From Horticoccus luteus (GTDB taxonomy: Bacteria; Verrucomicrobiota; Verrucomicrobiia; Opitutales; Opitutaceae): 32,000 bases of DNA. The notes beneath the pieces were generated by a model. The model saw nothing but the letters and a program-made list of their open reading frames with translations. It did not search any database and had not been told where the DNA came from. The translations under genes and the position numbers were made by a program. The stretch is from positions 2,550,001 through 2,582,000 of the forward strand of contig NZ_CP080507.1 of the NCBI RefSeq assembly GCF_019464535.1, written 5' to 3'. This document shows positions 9,052 to 17,030 of this stretch, piece after piece (the stretch's first letter is position 1; the number at the start of each line of letters is the position of its first letter).

Positions 9052-9557
9052 CGCGTCGCCGCCTCGCCGCGCTCGTCCTCGCCGTCGCCGCGCTGCTCGC
9101 CGTTTGGTTCTGGCTCCGACCCGCGCCCACGTCGCCCGTCGCCTCCCGCGCCCCATCCTCCGCGCCCGGCGCGACCGCGATCGCCCGCCCCGCGTCGCCG
9201 CCCCCGCTCGACGAAGACACGGGCCTCGCCGCCCTCGCGCAACTCGGTTCGCCCGCCACGACGATCTCCGCCGACCTGCAGCTCCTCGACGGCATGTTCA
9301 CCCGCTACCAGTCAAACTTCCGCGGCAACCCCGTCGGCCTCAACGCCGAGATCGTCGCCACGCTCACCGGCGGCAACCCGCTGCACCTCGCGTTCATTTC
9401 CCCGCATCACCCGGCGCTCAACGCCCGCGGCGAACTCTGCGACCGCTGGGGCACCCCGTTCTTTTTCCACCAACTCTCCGGCACGCGCATGGAAATCCGC
9501 TCCGCCGGCCCCGACCGGAAAATGTGGACCGCCGACGACTCCGTGCTCACGCCGTAA
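9048..9557 (+). CDS. membrane-anchored hypothetical protein with a pseudopilin (GspG C-terminal)-like tail
   Basis: ATG at 9048 overlaps the DUF1501 stop (ATGA), so translational coupling is likely. It forms the last 169 codons of the 8145..9557 track ORF. The upstream part of that ORF is R/P-rich out-of-frame junk over DUF1501. N-terminal anchor RRRLAALVLAVAALLAVWFWL, then a P/A/S linker. The tail CDRWGTPFFFHQLSGTRMEIRSAGPDRKMWTADD resembles the D.WG.P.......SaGPDg...t.DD ending of type II pseudopilins. Confidence 0.6.
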   Translation: MTRRRLAALVLAVAALLAVWFWLRPAPTSPVASRAPSSAPGATAIARPASPPPLDEDTGLAALAQLGSPATTISADLQLLDGMFTRYQSNFRGNPVGLNAEIVATLTGGNPLHLAFISPHHPALNARGELCDRWGTPFFFHQLSGTRMEIRSAGPDRKMWTADDSVLTP

Positions 9558-9612
9558 ACGACGCGCAACCCCGCCGACGACTCCGTGCTCACGCCGTAAA
9601 CGACGCGCAACC
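9529..9612. repeat. perfect 2 x 42-bp tandem duplication spanning the stop codon of the 9048..9557 CDS
   Basis: 9529-9570 and 9571-9612 are both CCGCCGACGACTCCGTGCTCACGCCGTAAACGACGCGCAACC, checked base by base. The antisense track ORF also shows the repeated peptide RVVYGVSTESSA. Confidence 0.95.
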
Positions 9613-9623
9613 TCCGCCGCCGC

Positions 9624-10580
9624 CTACGCCCGCGGATGCGCCTTCGCGTAAATCTCTTTCAACCGCGCCACGCTCACATGCGTGTAGATTTGCGTCGTCG
9701 ACAGACTCGCGTGCCCCAACAGCTCCTGCACCAGCCGCAAATCCGCGCCCGCGTTCAGCAGATGCGTCGCATACGAATGCCGCAGCTTGTGCGGCGTGAG
9801 ATCCAGCGGCAGCTCCGCGAGCGCCAGATAACGCTTTAACAACAACTGCACCGCTCGCGGCGTGATGCGCTCGTGTTTCGCCGTCACGACGACCGGCGCC
9901 TCTGCGCCCGTGTCCTGCGCAAATTCGCTGCGAAATTTCTTCAACACCGCCAGCGCCACCGTCCCGAGCGGACACAACCGCTCCTTCCGCCCCTTGCCGA
10001 GCACGCGCGCCACACCTCCATCGAAATCGATCTGCCCGTAGTTGAGCCCCGCCAGCTCGCTCACCCGCAACCCGCCGCCATAGATCAACTCCATTGCCAG
10101 CCGGTCGCGCCACGCCGTGAACGAGTCCACCGTCTCATTCTCCAGCAACCGCTGCGGCCCGAGCAGCAGTTTCCTCATCTGCTCCTCCGTCAAAAATTTT
10201 GGCAGCCGTTTTTCCAGCCGCGGCAGCGGCACACCCACGAACGGATTCGCCACCACTCGCCCGCGCCGCACCCAGAATTTATACAGCGAACGCAACCCCG
10301 ATACGTGGTTGTGCAACGTCCGCCGATCGAACCGCCGCTGCGCCTCGATCACGAAATCCCGGACCTCCCGCGGTTGCACGTTCTCCAGCGCCGCGTCGCT
10401 CCGCCCTTCGCCCAACCGCCAGCGCACGAAATCCTCCAGCGCCTGCCGGTAGTTGCGCAACGTGTAGCGCGAATAGCGCCGCTCCTGCGCCAGATACGTT
10501 TCAAACGGCGCCCACCACCCCGCGGCGATTTCCGCCGGGAGCGCGTCAACCGGCGCGCTGCTGGACGCGTTGCTCGACAT
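9624..10580 (-). CDS. xerC: tyrosine site-specific recombinase, XerC/XerD family
   Basis: 318-aa ORF. C-terminal catalytic region HKLRHSYATHLLNAGADLRLVQELLGHASLSTTQIYTHV (R..H-R-H..Y pattern). N-terminal core-binding motif FETYLAQERRYSRYTLRNYRQALEDF. The VQELLGHA.LSTTQIYTH string looks closer to XerC than XerD, but this is uncertain. Confidence 0.85.
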   Translation of the reverse strand: MSSNASSSAPVDALPAEIAAGWWAPFETYLAQERRYSRYTLRNYRQALEDFVRWRLGEGRSDAALENVQPREVRDFVIEAQRRFDRRTLHNHVSGLRSLYKFWVRRGRVVANPFVGVPLPRLEKRLPKFLTEEQMRKLLLGPQRLLENETVDSFTAWRDRLAMELIYGGGLRVSELAGLNYGQIDFDGGVARVLGKGRKERLCPLGTVALAVLKKFRSEFAQDTGAEAPVVVTAKHERITPRAVQLLLKRYLALAELPLDLTPHKLRHSYATHLLNAGADLRLVQELLGHASLSTTQIYTHVSVARLKEIYAKAHPRA

Positions 10581-11214
10581 CGCGCATCACCTTCGTCGCG
10601 TGCAGCCGCAACGCTCCCTCCGCATCCAGGCCGTGCACCCGCGCGGCCGCCGCCAGTTCAAACAACCTCCGGCCCAGCGTCGCCTCATCCAGCTCCCGCC
10701 CCAACGCCTGCACCTTCGCCGCATCGAGCGCGCCGTCCGCCGGCAACTGCTTTTTCTCGATCTGCTTCGCCACCGCTTCGGCGAACATTAACGCCGGCAG
10801 CCGCGGCGGCAGCGCCTTGAATACTCCGCTCGCCGGTGCGCCATTCTTCTTTTCGCCCGCTTTGATCTGCTCCCACTGCGTGATCACCTGCTCCGACGTG
10901 TCGAGCTTGCCCGTTCCAAACACGTGCGGATGCCGCCGCACCAGTTTCTCATTCACCTCCCGCGCCACATCCTCGAGCGAAAACCGTCCTGCTTCCTCCG
11001 CGAGGTGCGCATGAAACACTACTTGGATCAGCACATCGCCCAGCTCCTCGCGCATGTGCGGAAAATCCGCCTGGTCGATCGTCTCGATGAGTTCGCTCAC
11101 CTCGTCGATGAGACACCGCACCAAAGACGCATGCGTCTGCTCTTGATCCCACGGACACCCGCCCGGCCCCCGCAACCGGGCAATCGTCGCTTTCAACTCA
11201 TCCATCGCGCTCAT
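10546..11214 (-). CDS. mazG: nucleoside triphosphate pyrophosphohydrolase MazG
   Basis: I use the internal ATG at 11214 (MSAMDELKATIARLRGPGGCPWDQEQTH...). The hallmark motifs CPWD..QTH, EE.GD.L and RHPHVF are present. The 102 codons upstream in the track ORF have no family resemblance and run into the trpC promoter region. Confidence 0.9.
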   Translation of the reverse strand: MSAMDELKATIARLRGPGGCPWDQEQTHASLVRCLIDEVSELIETIDQADFPHMREELGDVLIQVVFHAHLAEEAGRFSLEDVAREVNEKLVRRHPHVFGTGKLDTSEQVITQWEQIKAGEKKNGAPASGVFKALPPRLPALMFAEAVAKQIEKKQLPADGALDAAKVQALGRELDEATLGRRLFELAAAARVHGLDAEGALRLHATKVMRDVEQRVQQRAG

Positions 11215-11311
11215 CCGCCCAGCACAACGACGTTCCGGGTGAAATCCATGCCAAAACCCGTCCACTCTGGTCTGGTTTTCAGCCCGCTGCGTGTATTTCG
11301 TTGTTTCCTGC

Positions 11312-12112
11312 ATGTCCGATAAACTCACCGAGATCATGGCGTGGAAGCGGCACGAAATCGCCGCGCTCGTCCGTCCCGTTGCCGAATCCGAACTCGCCGC
11401 CGCTTCCGCCGCGCGACCCGCGCCGCCATCGTTTCGCGCCGCCCTGCGTCCCGCCGACGGACAACTCGCCGTCATTGCCGAGATCAAGCGCCGCTCGCCG
11501 TCCGCCGGCCCCATCGCCACCGCCGTCTCCGCCCCCGATCAGGCGCAACGCTACCGCGCGGCCGGCGCCAGCGCGCTCTCCGTCCTGACCGACGAAAAAT
11601 ATTTCGGCGGTTCCCTCGCCGATCTCACAGCCGTCACCGCGCTTTTCCATCGCGACCCGCCTGCGGTGCCCTGCCTCCGCAAGGATTTCATGGTGCACCC
11701 GATCCAGGTGCTTCAAGCCCGCCAGGCCGGCGCCAGCGCCATTCTGATCATCGTTCGCGCACTCACCGACGACGAAATCAAATCCCTCCACACCGCCGCC
11801 ATCGCCGCCGGCCTCGATGCGCTGTTTGAAATCCATCACGAAGCCGAACTCGACCGCGCCGTCGCTCACGGGGCGAAGATCATCGGCGTCAACAACCGCG
11901 ATCTCGCCCGCTTCACGACCGACCTCGCCCTCAGCGAACGCCTCATCCCGCTTTTCCCGCGCGAGGTGATCGCCGTCAGCGAAAGCGGCATCTTCACCGC
12001 CGTCGATGGCGCCCGCGCCCGCGCCGCCGGCGCCCACGCCGTCCTCGTCGGCGAGGCCCTCATGAAAGCCCCGGATCCCGCCGCCTTGATGGCCGCGTTC
12101 CGCGCCCCCTGA
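11312..12112 (+). CDS. trpC: indole-3-glycerol phosphate synthase
   Basis: ATG at 11312 (MSDKLTEIMAWKRHEI). Motifs: VIAEIKRRSPSAG, LSVLTDEKYFGGS, CLRKDFMVHPIQVLQAR..GASAILII, IIGVNNRDL, VSESGI. Confidence 0.92.
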   Translation: MSDKLTEIMAWKRHEIAALVRPVAESELAAASAARPAPPSFRAALRPADGQLAVIAEIKRRSPSAGPIATAVSAPDQAQRYRAAGASALSVLTDEKYFGGSLADLTAVTALFHRDPPAVPCLRKDFMVHPIQVLQARQAGASAILIIVRALTDDEIKSLHTAAIAAGLDALFEIHHEAELDRAVAHGAKIIGVNNRDLARFTTDLALSERLIPLFPREVIAVSESGIFTAVDGARARAAGAHAVLVGEALMKAPDPAALMAAFRAP

Positions 12113-12155
12113 CCGCCGCCGCCGGCGTCCTTACTTCCTGCATCGTCGCCCCGCT

Positions 12156-12986
12156 GTGCCGCTTACACCTTCCAGCACCCGCGATCTGCTCGCCGCCCTC
12201 GGGCACACGCCCAAACGTTACTTGGGCCAAAATTTTCTGGTCGACGGCAACATCGTCCGCAAATCCCTCGAGCTCGCCCGCCTCGCCGCGGGCGATACCG
12301 TGGTCGAAATCGGGCCCGGTCTCGGCACGTTGACCTCCGCCCTGCTCGAAGCCGGCGCCGATGTCTGGGCGGTCGAGATGGATCGCGCACTCGCGCAACA
12401 CCTCCGCGAAACCCTCGCGCCGCGCTTCCCCGCGCATCTTCATCTTTTGGAAGGCGACGCCATCGACCATCCCCTCGCCAACCTCCCGGCCGCGTCCGCC
12501 GCCGCCGGATTCAAGGTCATCGCCAATCTTCCTTACGCGATTTCCACCCCGTGGATGGATGCCGTGCTCTCCGGTCCGCTCCCCGAGCGCCTGGTCTTGA
12601 TGCTGCAGCAGGAAGCCGCCCAACGCTACGCCGCGCTCCCCGGCAGCAAGACATTCGGCGCCATCTCGATTTTCCTGCAGTCCGCCTACGAAATCGCTCC
12701 CGGCCATAAAGTCGCCGCCGCCTGCTTTCACCCGCGGCCCGAAATCGAATCGTATCTGCTGCACCTGGTCCGCCGCCCGCCGGCATTTGTGTTCGATCCC
12801 GCGACGAAAACCCTCATCCGCGCCTGCTTCCAGCAACGCCGCAAGCAGATCGCCGCCCTTCTCCGCGGCCGCCTGCCCGACGACGGCACCGCCTGGCTCG
12901 CCGGCCTCGCCGAATTCGACCTCACGCCGCGAGCCCGCCCCGAGGAAATTCCCGTCGCCGCGTGGCAACGGCTCCACGCAGCTTGA
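12156..12986 (+). CDS. rsmA: 16S rRNA (adenine1518/1519-N6)-dimethyltransferase
   Basis: GTG start. Motifs: KRYLGQNFLVDGNIVRK, the SAM motif VVEIGPGLGTLTSALL, and IANLPYAISTPW. Confidence 0.9.
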   Translation: MPLTPSSTRDLLAALGHTPKRYLGQNFLVDGNIVRKSLELARLAAGDTVVEIGPGLGTLTSALLEAGADVWAVEMDRALAQHLRETLAPRFPAHLHLLEGDAIDHPLANLPAASAAAGFKVIANLPYAISTPWMDAVLSGPLPERLVLMLQQEAAQRYAALPGSKTFGAISIFLQSAYEIAPGHKVAAACFHPRPEIESYLLHLVRRPPAFVFDPATKTLIRACFQQRRKQIAALLRGRLPDDGTAWLAGLAEFDLTPRARPEEIPVAAWQRLHAA

Positions 12987-13019
12987 AACATATTTCCATT
13001 TCTCTCATCACACTTCCGA

Positions 13020-13688
13020 ATGAAACTCCGCGTCGCTGGTCTTCTTTTCCTCTTCCCGCTCCTCGCCGGACTCCTCTGCGCGCAATCCGATCCCGCCGCC
13101 CTCAGCGGCCGCATCGAGGGCCATACCTATTACTCTCCCACCGGCGCCTATCGGATCACCATCCCGGTGCTCCGCGAACTCGGCGGCACCGTCAACGACA
13201 CCGATAACGTCGTCACCTTCGAGGATCATTTCACCGTCCACATCAGCATCGCCACGTTTCCGCAGGATGCCACGCAACGCTGGGAATTATCCACCCGTGG
13301 CATCAAAGACTACCTCACCGTCTTCTTCACCGACTTTGTCGTCCCGGATTTCCAACGCATGGTCCCGGCGATCAGCATTGAGAGCATCACTTTCCTCCCG
13401 AAAACACAGGGCGGCGCGCTGATCGCCTACACGCTGCTCCCCGGCGGCTCCATGTTTGGCGACCGGCCCACGATCGATGGCGACACGCGTGGCCACGTCG
13501 CCAAGCGCGGCAATCTCCTCTTCGTGCGCGATGGCTTTATCTACGTCATCAGCACCGAACTCGCCGAACGCATCACCGAGGGCACCAGTTACCACAAAAC
13601 GACCGCCGAGGAAGATCAGTTCCTGAAAGACCACCTCATGGATATTCTGAGCAAGATGACGTTCATGAAACCCGCGGCCGCCCAATAG
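13020..13688 (+). CDS. secreted hypothetical protein
   Basis: 222-aa ORF with signal peptide MKLRVAGLLFLFPLLAGLLCAQS. Amino-acid composition looks natural. No family recognised. Its stop (13686-13688) is 1 nt before the next start. Confidence 0.7.
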   Translation: MKLRVAGLLFLFPLLAGLLCAQSDPAALSGRIEGHTYYSPTGAYRITIPVLRELGGTVNDTDNVVTFEDHFTVHISIATFPQDATQRWELSTRGIKDYLTVFFTDFVVPDFQRMVPAISIESITFLPKTQGGALIAYTLLPGGSMFGDRPTIDGDTRGHVAKRGNLLFVRDGFIYVISTELAERITEGTSYHKTTAEEDQFLKDHLMDILSKMTFMKPAAAQ

Positions 13689-13689
13689 C

Positions 13690-13938
13690 ATGTCCGCCCG
13701 GGCGTTTCTCACCTTTCTCGTCATCGGACTCCTCGCCGGCTGGATCAGCGGTCTCATCACCAAAGGCCGCGGCTTCGGCCTCGCCGGCAACCTTATCGTC
13801 GGCGTGGTCGGCGCCTTCCTCGGCGGCTTCTGCTTCGGTCTGCTCGGCCTCACCGCCCACAACTTCATCGGCCAACTCGTCTTCGCCATCGCCGGTGCCG
13901 TCCTCTTCAGCTACCTGTTGCGCTTCATCAAAAACTGA
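13690..13938 (+). CDS. GlsB/YeaQ/YmgE family (transglycosylase-associated) small membrane protein
   Basis: 82 aa with the typical glycine-zipper helices: LVIGLLAGWISGLI, GLAGNLIVGVVGAFLGGFCFGLLG, AIAGAVLFSYL. Confidence 0.85.
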   Translation: MSARAFLTFLVIGLLAGWISGLITKGRGFGLAGNLIVGVVGAFLGGFCFGLLGLTAHNFIGQLVFAIAGAVLFSYLLRFIKN

Positions 13939-13948
13939 TCCGCCGCCC

Positions 13949-13972
13949 CGCGGTCGGCGCGGCGCGACCGCG
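13949..13972. terminator. GC-rich hairpin between convergent genes (possible bidirectional terminator, no U-tract)
   Basis: CGCGGTCG (13949-13956) pairs with CGACCGCG (13965-13972) around an 8-nt loop. It sits between the stops at 13938 (+) and 13979 (-). Confidence 0.3.
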
Positions 13973-13978
13973 CCTCCG

Positions 13979-14410
13979 TCACCGTGTCTGCTGTTCGATC
14001 GACGTCACTTTGCCGTCTTGAAATACCACCCGGAAATGCTCCCGGTCGCGTCGCGCCGGATAGTTTAAATAATACGGGTAGCGCACGTCGTTCCAATCGT
14101 AGTAACGATGATACCAGCCGCGATAAAGCGGCATGCCGCCCGGCCCGTCGTAAGTCACGTAACTCCAGATCTCGCTCGTGCCAGTCTCATCCTGCCGCTG
14201 GATCACCCGATCGGCGTCACCCAACGCCAGCCGCACCATCTCCGGCGTGAAGCCGAGACCGACCTGGCCGTGCCTGATCATTTCCTGCTGCGCCGGCGTC
14301 AGGCGCGCGAAAATCTCCGGATTCCGCTGGATGCGTGCGTCCGGCGTGCTGCACGCCGCCAAACCGAGCGCGAGCAGCGCCACGGTGAAAAGAGAGATGA
14401 ACGATTTCAT
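13979..14410 (-). CDS. small lipoprotein, BamE/SmpA-OmlA-like (paralogue of 15257..15670)
   Basis: I use the internal ATG at 14410. MKSFISLFTVALLALGLAAC has a lipobox LAAC. GLGFTPEMVRLALGDADRV resembles the BamE-type G.T..qV...lG.P motif. The central segment is Tyr/Trp/Arg-rich. Confidence 0.75.
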   Translation of the reverse strand: MKSFISLFTVALLALGLAACSTPDARIQRNPEIFARLTPAQQEMIRHGQVGLGFTPEMVRLALGDADRVIQRQDETGTSEIWSYVTYDGPGGMPLYRGWYHRYYDWNDVRYPYYLNYPARRDREHFRVVFQDGKVTSIEQQTR

Positions 14411-14547
14411 AGACGTTGGGTTTGCCGACTTTGACGCCCGCGCCCGGCCGGTTGTTTCATAAACCTCGCCGCTCCGCCCCGCCGCCGCAACTCTCCGCCC
14501 CGTTTGCCCTCGCCATCGCCGTCCGCACGCCAAGCCTCGTCGCCTTC

Positions 14548-15231
14548 ATGCGCGACGCACTGCTTCTTTGGGATATCGACGGCACCCTTACCCGCTCCAG
14601 CGGTGCCGGCCTGCACGCGCTCGAAACCGCCCTGCGCCTCGAACTCGGCGTCACCGCCTCGCTCGCCGATATCGATTACTCCGGCCGCACCGATCGGTGG
14701 ATCCTTCGGCAAATCTTCGCGAAATTCGGCTTCGCCGCCGACGACGCCGCGTTCACCCGCTATCTCGATGCTTACATTCGGGCGCTGCCCGCCTCGCTCG
14801 TAACCCATCAAAGTCACGTGCTGCCCGGCGTGAGCGAAGCCTTGGAACGCGTGCACACCCACGACCGCTGGGCCCAGGCGCTCCTCACCGGCAACGTCGA
14901 GCGCGGCGCCCGCGTGAAACTCGCCCACCACGATCTCGCCCGCTATTTTCCCTTCGGCGCTTTCGCCGACGACTCCGAACTGCGCAACGACCTCGGCCCC
15001 GTCGCCTTGCGCCGCGCCCGCGACTTTCACGGCGTCGATTTCCCGGCGCATCGCGTGATCGTCATCGGCGACACGCCGCATGACATCGCCTGCGGACGCA
15101 TCATCGGTGCGCAAACCGTCGCCGTCGCGACCGGTCTTCATTCGCTGGCTGAGTTGCAATCGCATCAGCCCACGGCTGCCTTCGCCTCGCTCGCCGACCC
15201 TGGCTTCGCGGCGTTGCTCAACGCCCTCTGA
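14548..15231 (+). CDS. HAD-superfamily hydrolase (phosphoglycolate-phosphatase-like)
   Basis: ATG at 14548. Motif I is LLWDIDGTLT and motif IV is VIVIGDTPHDIACG. The track ORF's 44 N-terminal codons overlap the divergent lipoprotein gene and its leader, so I excluded them. Confidence 0.8.
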   Translation: MRDALLLWDIDGTLTRSSGAGLHALETALRLELGVTASLADIDYSGRTDRWILRQIFAKFGFAADDAAFTRYLDAYIRALPASLVTHQSHVLPGVSEALERVHTHDRWAQALLTGNVERGARVKLAHHDLARYFPFGAFADDSELRNDLGPVALRRARDFHGVDFPAHRVIVIGDTPHDIACGRIIGAQTVAVATGLHSLAELQSHQPTAAFASLADPGFAALLNAL

Positions 15232-15256
15232 CGGCGTCCGCGCCGGTCATTCGCCG

Positions 15257-15670
15257 TCACCGCACGCGCTGCTCGATCGCGGATACTCTGCCGTTCGCAA
15301 AGACCACCCGCGCCGTATCTTCGCCGCGCGAACCGCCACCCACGGTCACGCCGCCGCCCACTCCGCCGCCACCGGAGTAACTGCCTCCGCCGATGCCGAC
15401 ACTGAAGCGCGGCTTACGGTCCTCGTAGGCCCACACTTCCTCCGCCCCGTCTTTCGTTGTGCGCGTGTATTTCCGCATCGGCTCGCCCATCGCCACCGTC
15501 ACCTGCTCGGGCGTAAATCCCACATCAATCCGCCCGGCCTCGACCTTTTGCCGCACATCCGCGGGCCACGAATCAAAGGCGGCCCGATGACTGGAAATAC
15601 GCGTCGAAATACTTGAACAACCCGCCGTCAGCACGACACCGAGAAGGAGAGCCGGGAGAATCCGTTTCAT
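15257..15670 (-). CDS. small lipoprotein, BamE/SmpA-OmlA-like, with a Gly-rich insert (paralogue of 13979..14410)
   Basis: I use the internal ATG at 15670. MKRILPALLLGVVLTAGC has a lipobox LTAGC. It shares DVGFTPEQVTVAMGEP and the C-terminal ARVVFANGRVSAIEQRVR with the other lipoprotein (FRVVFQDGKVTSIEQQTR). Confidence 0.75.
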   Translation of the reverse strand: MKRILPALLLGVVLTAGCSSISTRISSHRAAFDSWPADVRQKVEAGRIDVGFTPEQVTVAMGEPMRKYTRTTKDGAEEVWAYEDRKPRFSVGIGGGSYSGGGGVGGGVTVGGGSRGEDTARVVFANGRVSAIEQRVR

Positions 15671-15763
15671 AACTGTGTTTGGGTTTGCGACACGAATTGG
15701 CGAACGAGATAACGACAGCCGCCCACCCTCGAAGTTCGCCGCCCCCGCCGTCATCTTTCTCGT

Positions 15764-16204
15764 ATGAAAACGTTTACCATCGCCATCGGATCCGACCACG
15801 CCGGCTTCACCTACAAGGAAGCCATCAAGGCGATGCTCCTCGGCGAAGGTCATACCGTGCGCGATCTCGGCACCTACTCCGAAGCTCCCTGCGATTATCC
15901 CGACTTCATCCGTCCGGTCGCTGAAGCCGTGGCGCGCGGCGACGTCGAGCGCGGCATCGTCCTCGGTGGTTCAGGCAACGGCGAAGCCATGGTCGCCAAC
16001 CGCGTGAAAGGCGTCCGCTGCGGCCTCTGCTGGAACGAGCAGGTCGCCATCTGGAACCGCGCGCACAACGACGCCAACTGCCTCTCCCTCGGCCAACGCA
16101 CCATTTCCGAAGCCGAGGCTCTGCACATTGTGCGCGTCTGGTTGACCACACCTTTCGAAGGCGGCCGGCACATCGCCCGTTTGCAAAAAATCGACGGCAT
16201 TTGA
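15764..16204 (+). CDS. rpiB: ribose-5-phosphate isomerase B
   Basis: 146 aa. Motifs IAIGSDHAGF, DYPDF, GIVLGGSGNGEAMVANRVKGVRC and ARAHNDANCLSLG are RpiB/LacAB family hallmarks. Confidence 0.9.
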   Translation: MKTFTIAIGSDHAGFTYKEAIKAMLLGEGHTVRDLGTYSEAPCDYPDFIRPVAEAVARGDVERGIVLGGSGNGEAMVANRVKGVRCGLCWNEQVAIWNRAHNDANCLSLGQRTISEAEALHIVRVWLTTPFEGGRHIARLQKIDGI

Positions 16205-16382
16205 CCACTCTGCCGCGACTTGGCTCGCAGACTGGTTCCACCGTTTGACCCCGCGGGGTTCCCGCGCTCTTTCGCCCTATGCGTATTCCTATTCGCGGGC
16301 CGCGCGCACCCGTCGCCTGCGTCGACGCCCCACGGTTCCTCAATCCTCCTTCGCCGCCCTCGCTCCGCGCGGCGACTTTGTG

Positions 16383-17006
16383 ATGACGGCCCTCTCGTCA
16401 CATCACTACCTCTTCGAGCCCGCCAAATCCTCTGATGCGGCGCCGTTTCTCGTGCTGCACGGCACCGGCGGCACCGAACACGATCTCCTTCCGCTCGTCC
16501 GGACGCTCGCGCCCGGCTCCGCCATCCTCTCGCCTCGCGGCAACGTCACCGAACAAGGCGCCGCGCGGTATTTCGCCCGCCTCGCCCCCGGCGTTTTCGA
16601 TCCCGATGAAATCATCCGGCGCACGCACGAACTCGCCGACTTCGTCCTCGGCGCCGCCGAGCATCACCATCTCGACCTGAGCCGCCTCACCGCGCTCGGG
16701 TTTTCCAACGGCGCCAATATCGCGGCCACCCTCCTTCTGCTGCGCCCCGAAACGCTCGGCGCCGCGGTTCTTCTCCGCCCGATGGTCGTGCTCGACCAAC
16801 CCGCCCCGCCCGGCTCTCTCGCGGGCAAACGCGTCCTCCTCGCCAGCGGCTCCGGCGATTCACTCGTGCCTGTCGACCAGCCTCCGCACCTCGCGGAACT
16901 CCTTCGCACCGGCGGCGCGGACGTCGAGATCGCGTGGACGCGGGCCGATCACGGCCTCACCGCCGTCGACTTTTCAGCCGCGCGCGCCTGGCTCGCCCGC
17001 GGCTGA
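16383..17006 (+). CDS. phospholipase/carboxylesterase-family alpha/beta hydrolase (MhqD/YodD-like)
   Basis: ATG at 16383 (MTALSSHHYLFEP). FLVLHGTGGTEHDLLPL, the nucleophile elbow GFSNGANIAA, GSGDSLVP and ADHGL closely parallel Bacillus MhqD as I remember it. Confidence 0.75.
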   Translation: MTALSSHHYLFEPAKSSDAAPFLVLHGTGGTEHDLLPLVRTLAPGSAILSPRGNVTEQGAARYFARLAPGVFDPDEIIRRTHELADFVLGAAEHHHLDLSRLTALGFSNGANIAATLLLLRPETLGAAVLLRPMVVLDQPAPPGSLAGKRVLLASGSGDSLVPVDQPPHLAELLRTGGADVEIAWTRADHGLTAVDFSAARAWLARG

Positions 17007-17030
17007 CCGCAGGCCGAGCGCAAGCGCTCC

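Noticed and set aside
9624-11214. Whether xerC (with mazG) marks an integrated mobile element or a toxin-antitoxin locus
   Set aside because: The recombinase has the XerC/D housekeeping signature. It is embedded among core genes (mazG, trpC, rsmA). There is no tRNA, no flanking direct repeats and no phage or transposon genes. The nearby 42-bp repeat is tandem, not an att-like flanking pair. No mazE/mazF-like small genes are present.
13979-15853. Longer track versions of the two lipoprotein ORFs (13979..14533 and 15257..15853) and of the HAD ORF (14416..15231)
   Set aside because: The N-terminal extensions are Arg/Gly-rich and would bury the signal peptide and lipobox, or the DxDGT motif, far from the N-terminus. 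They also overlap the divergent neighbours. The internal ATGs give canonical N-termini.
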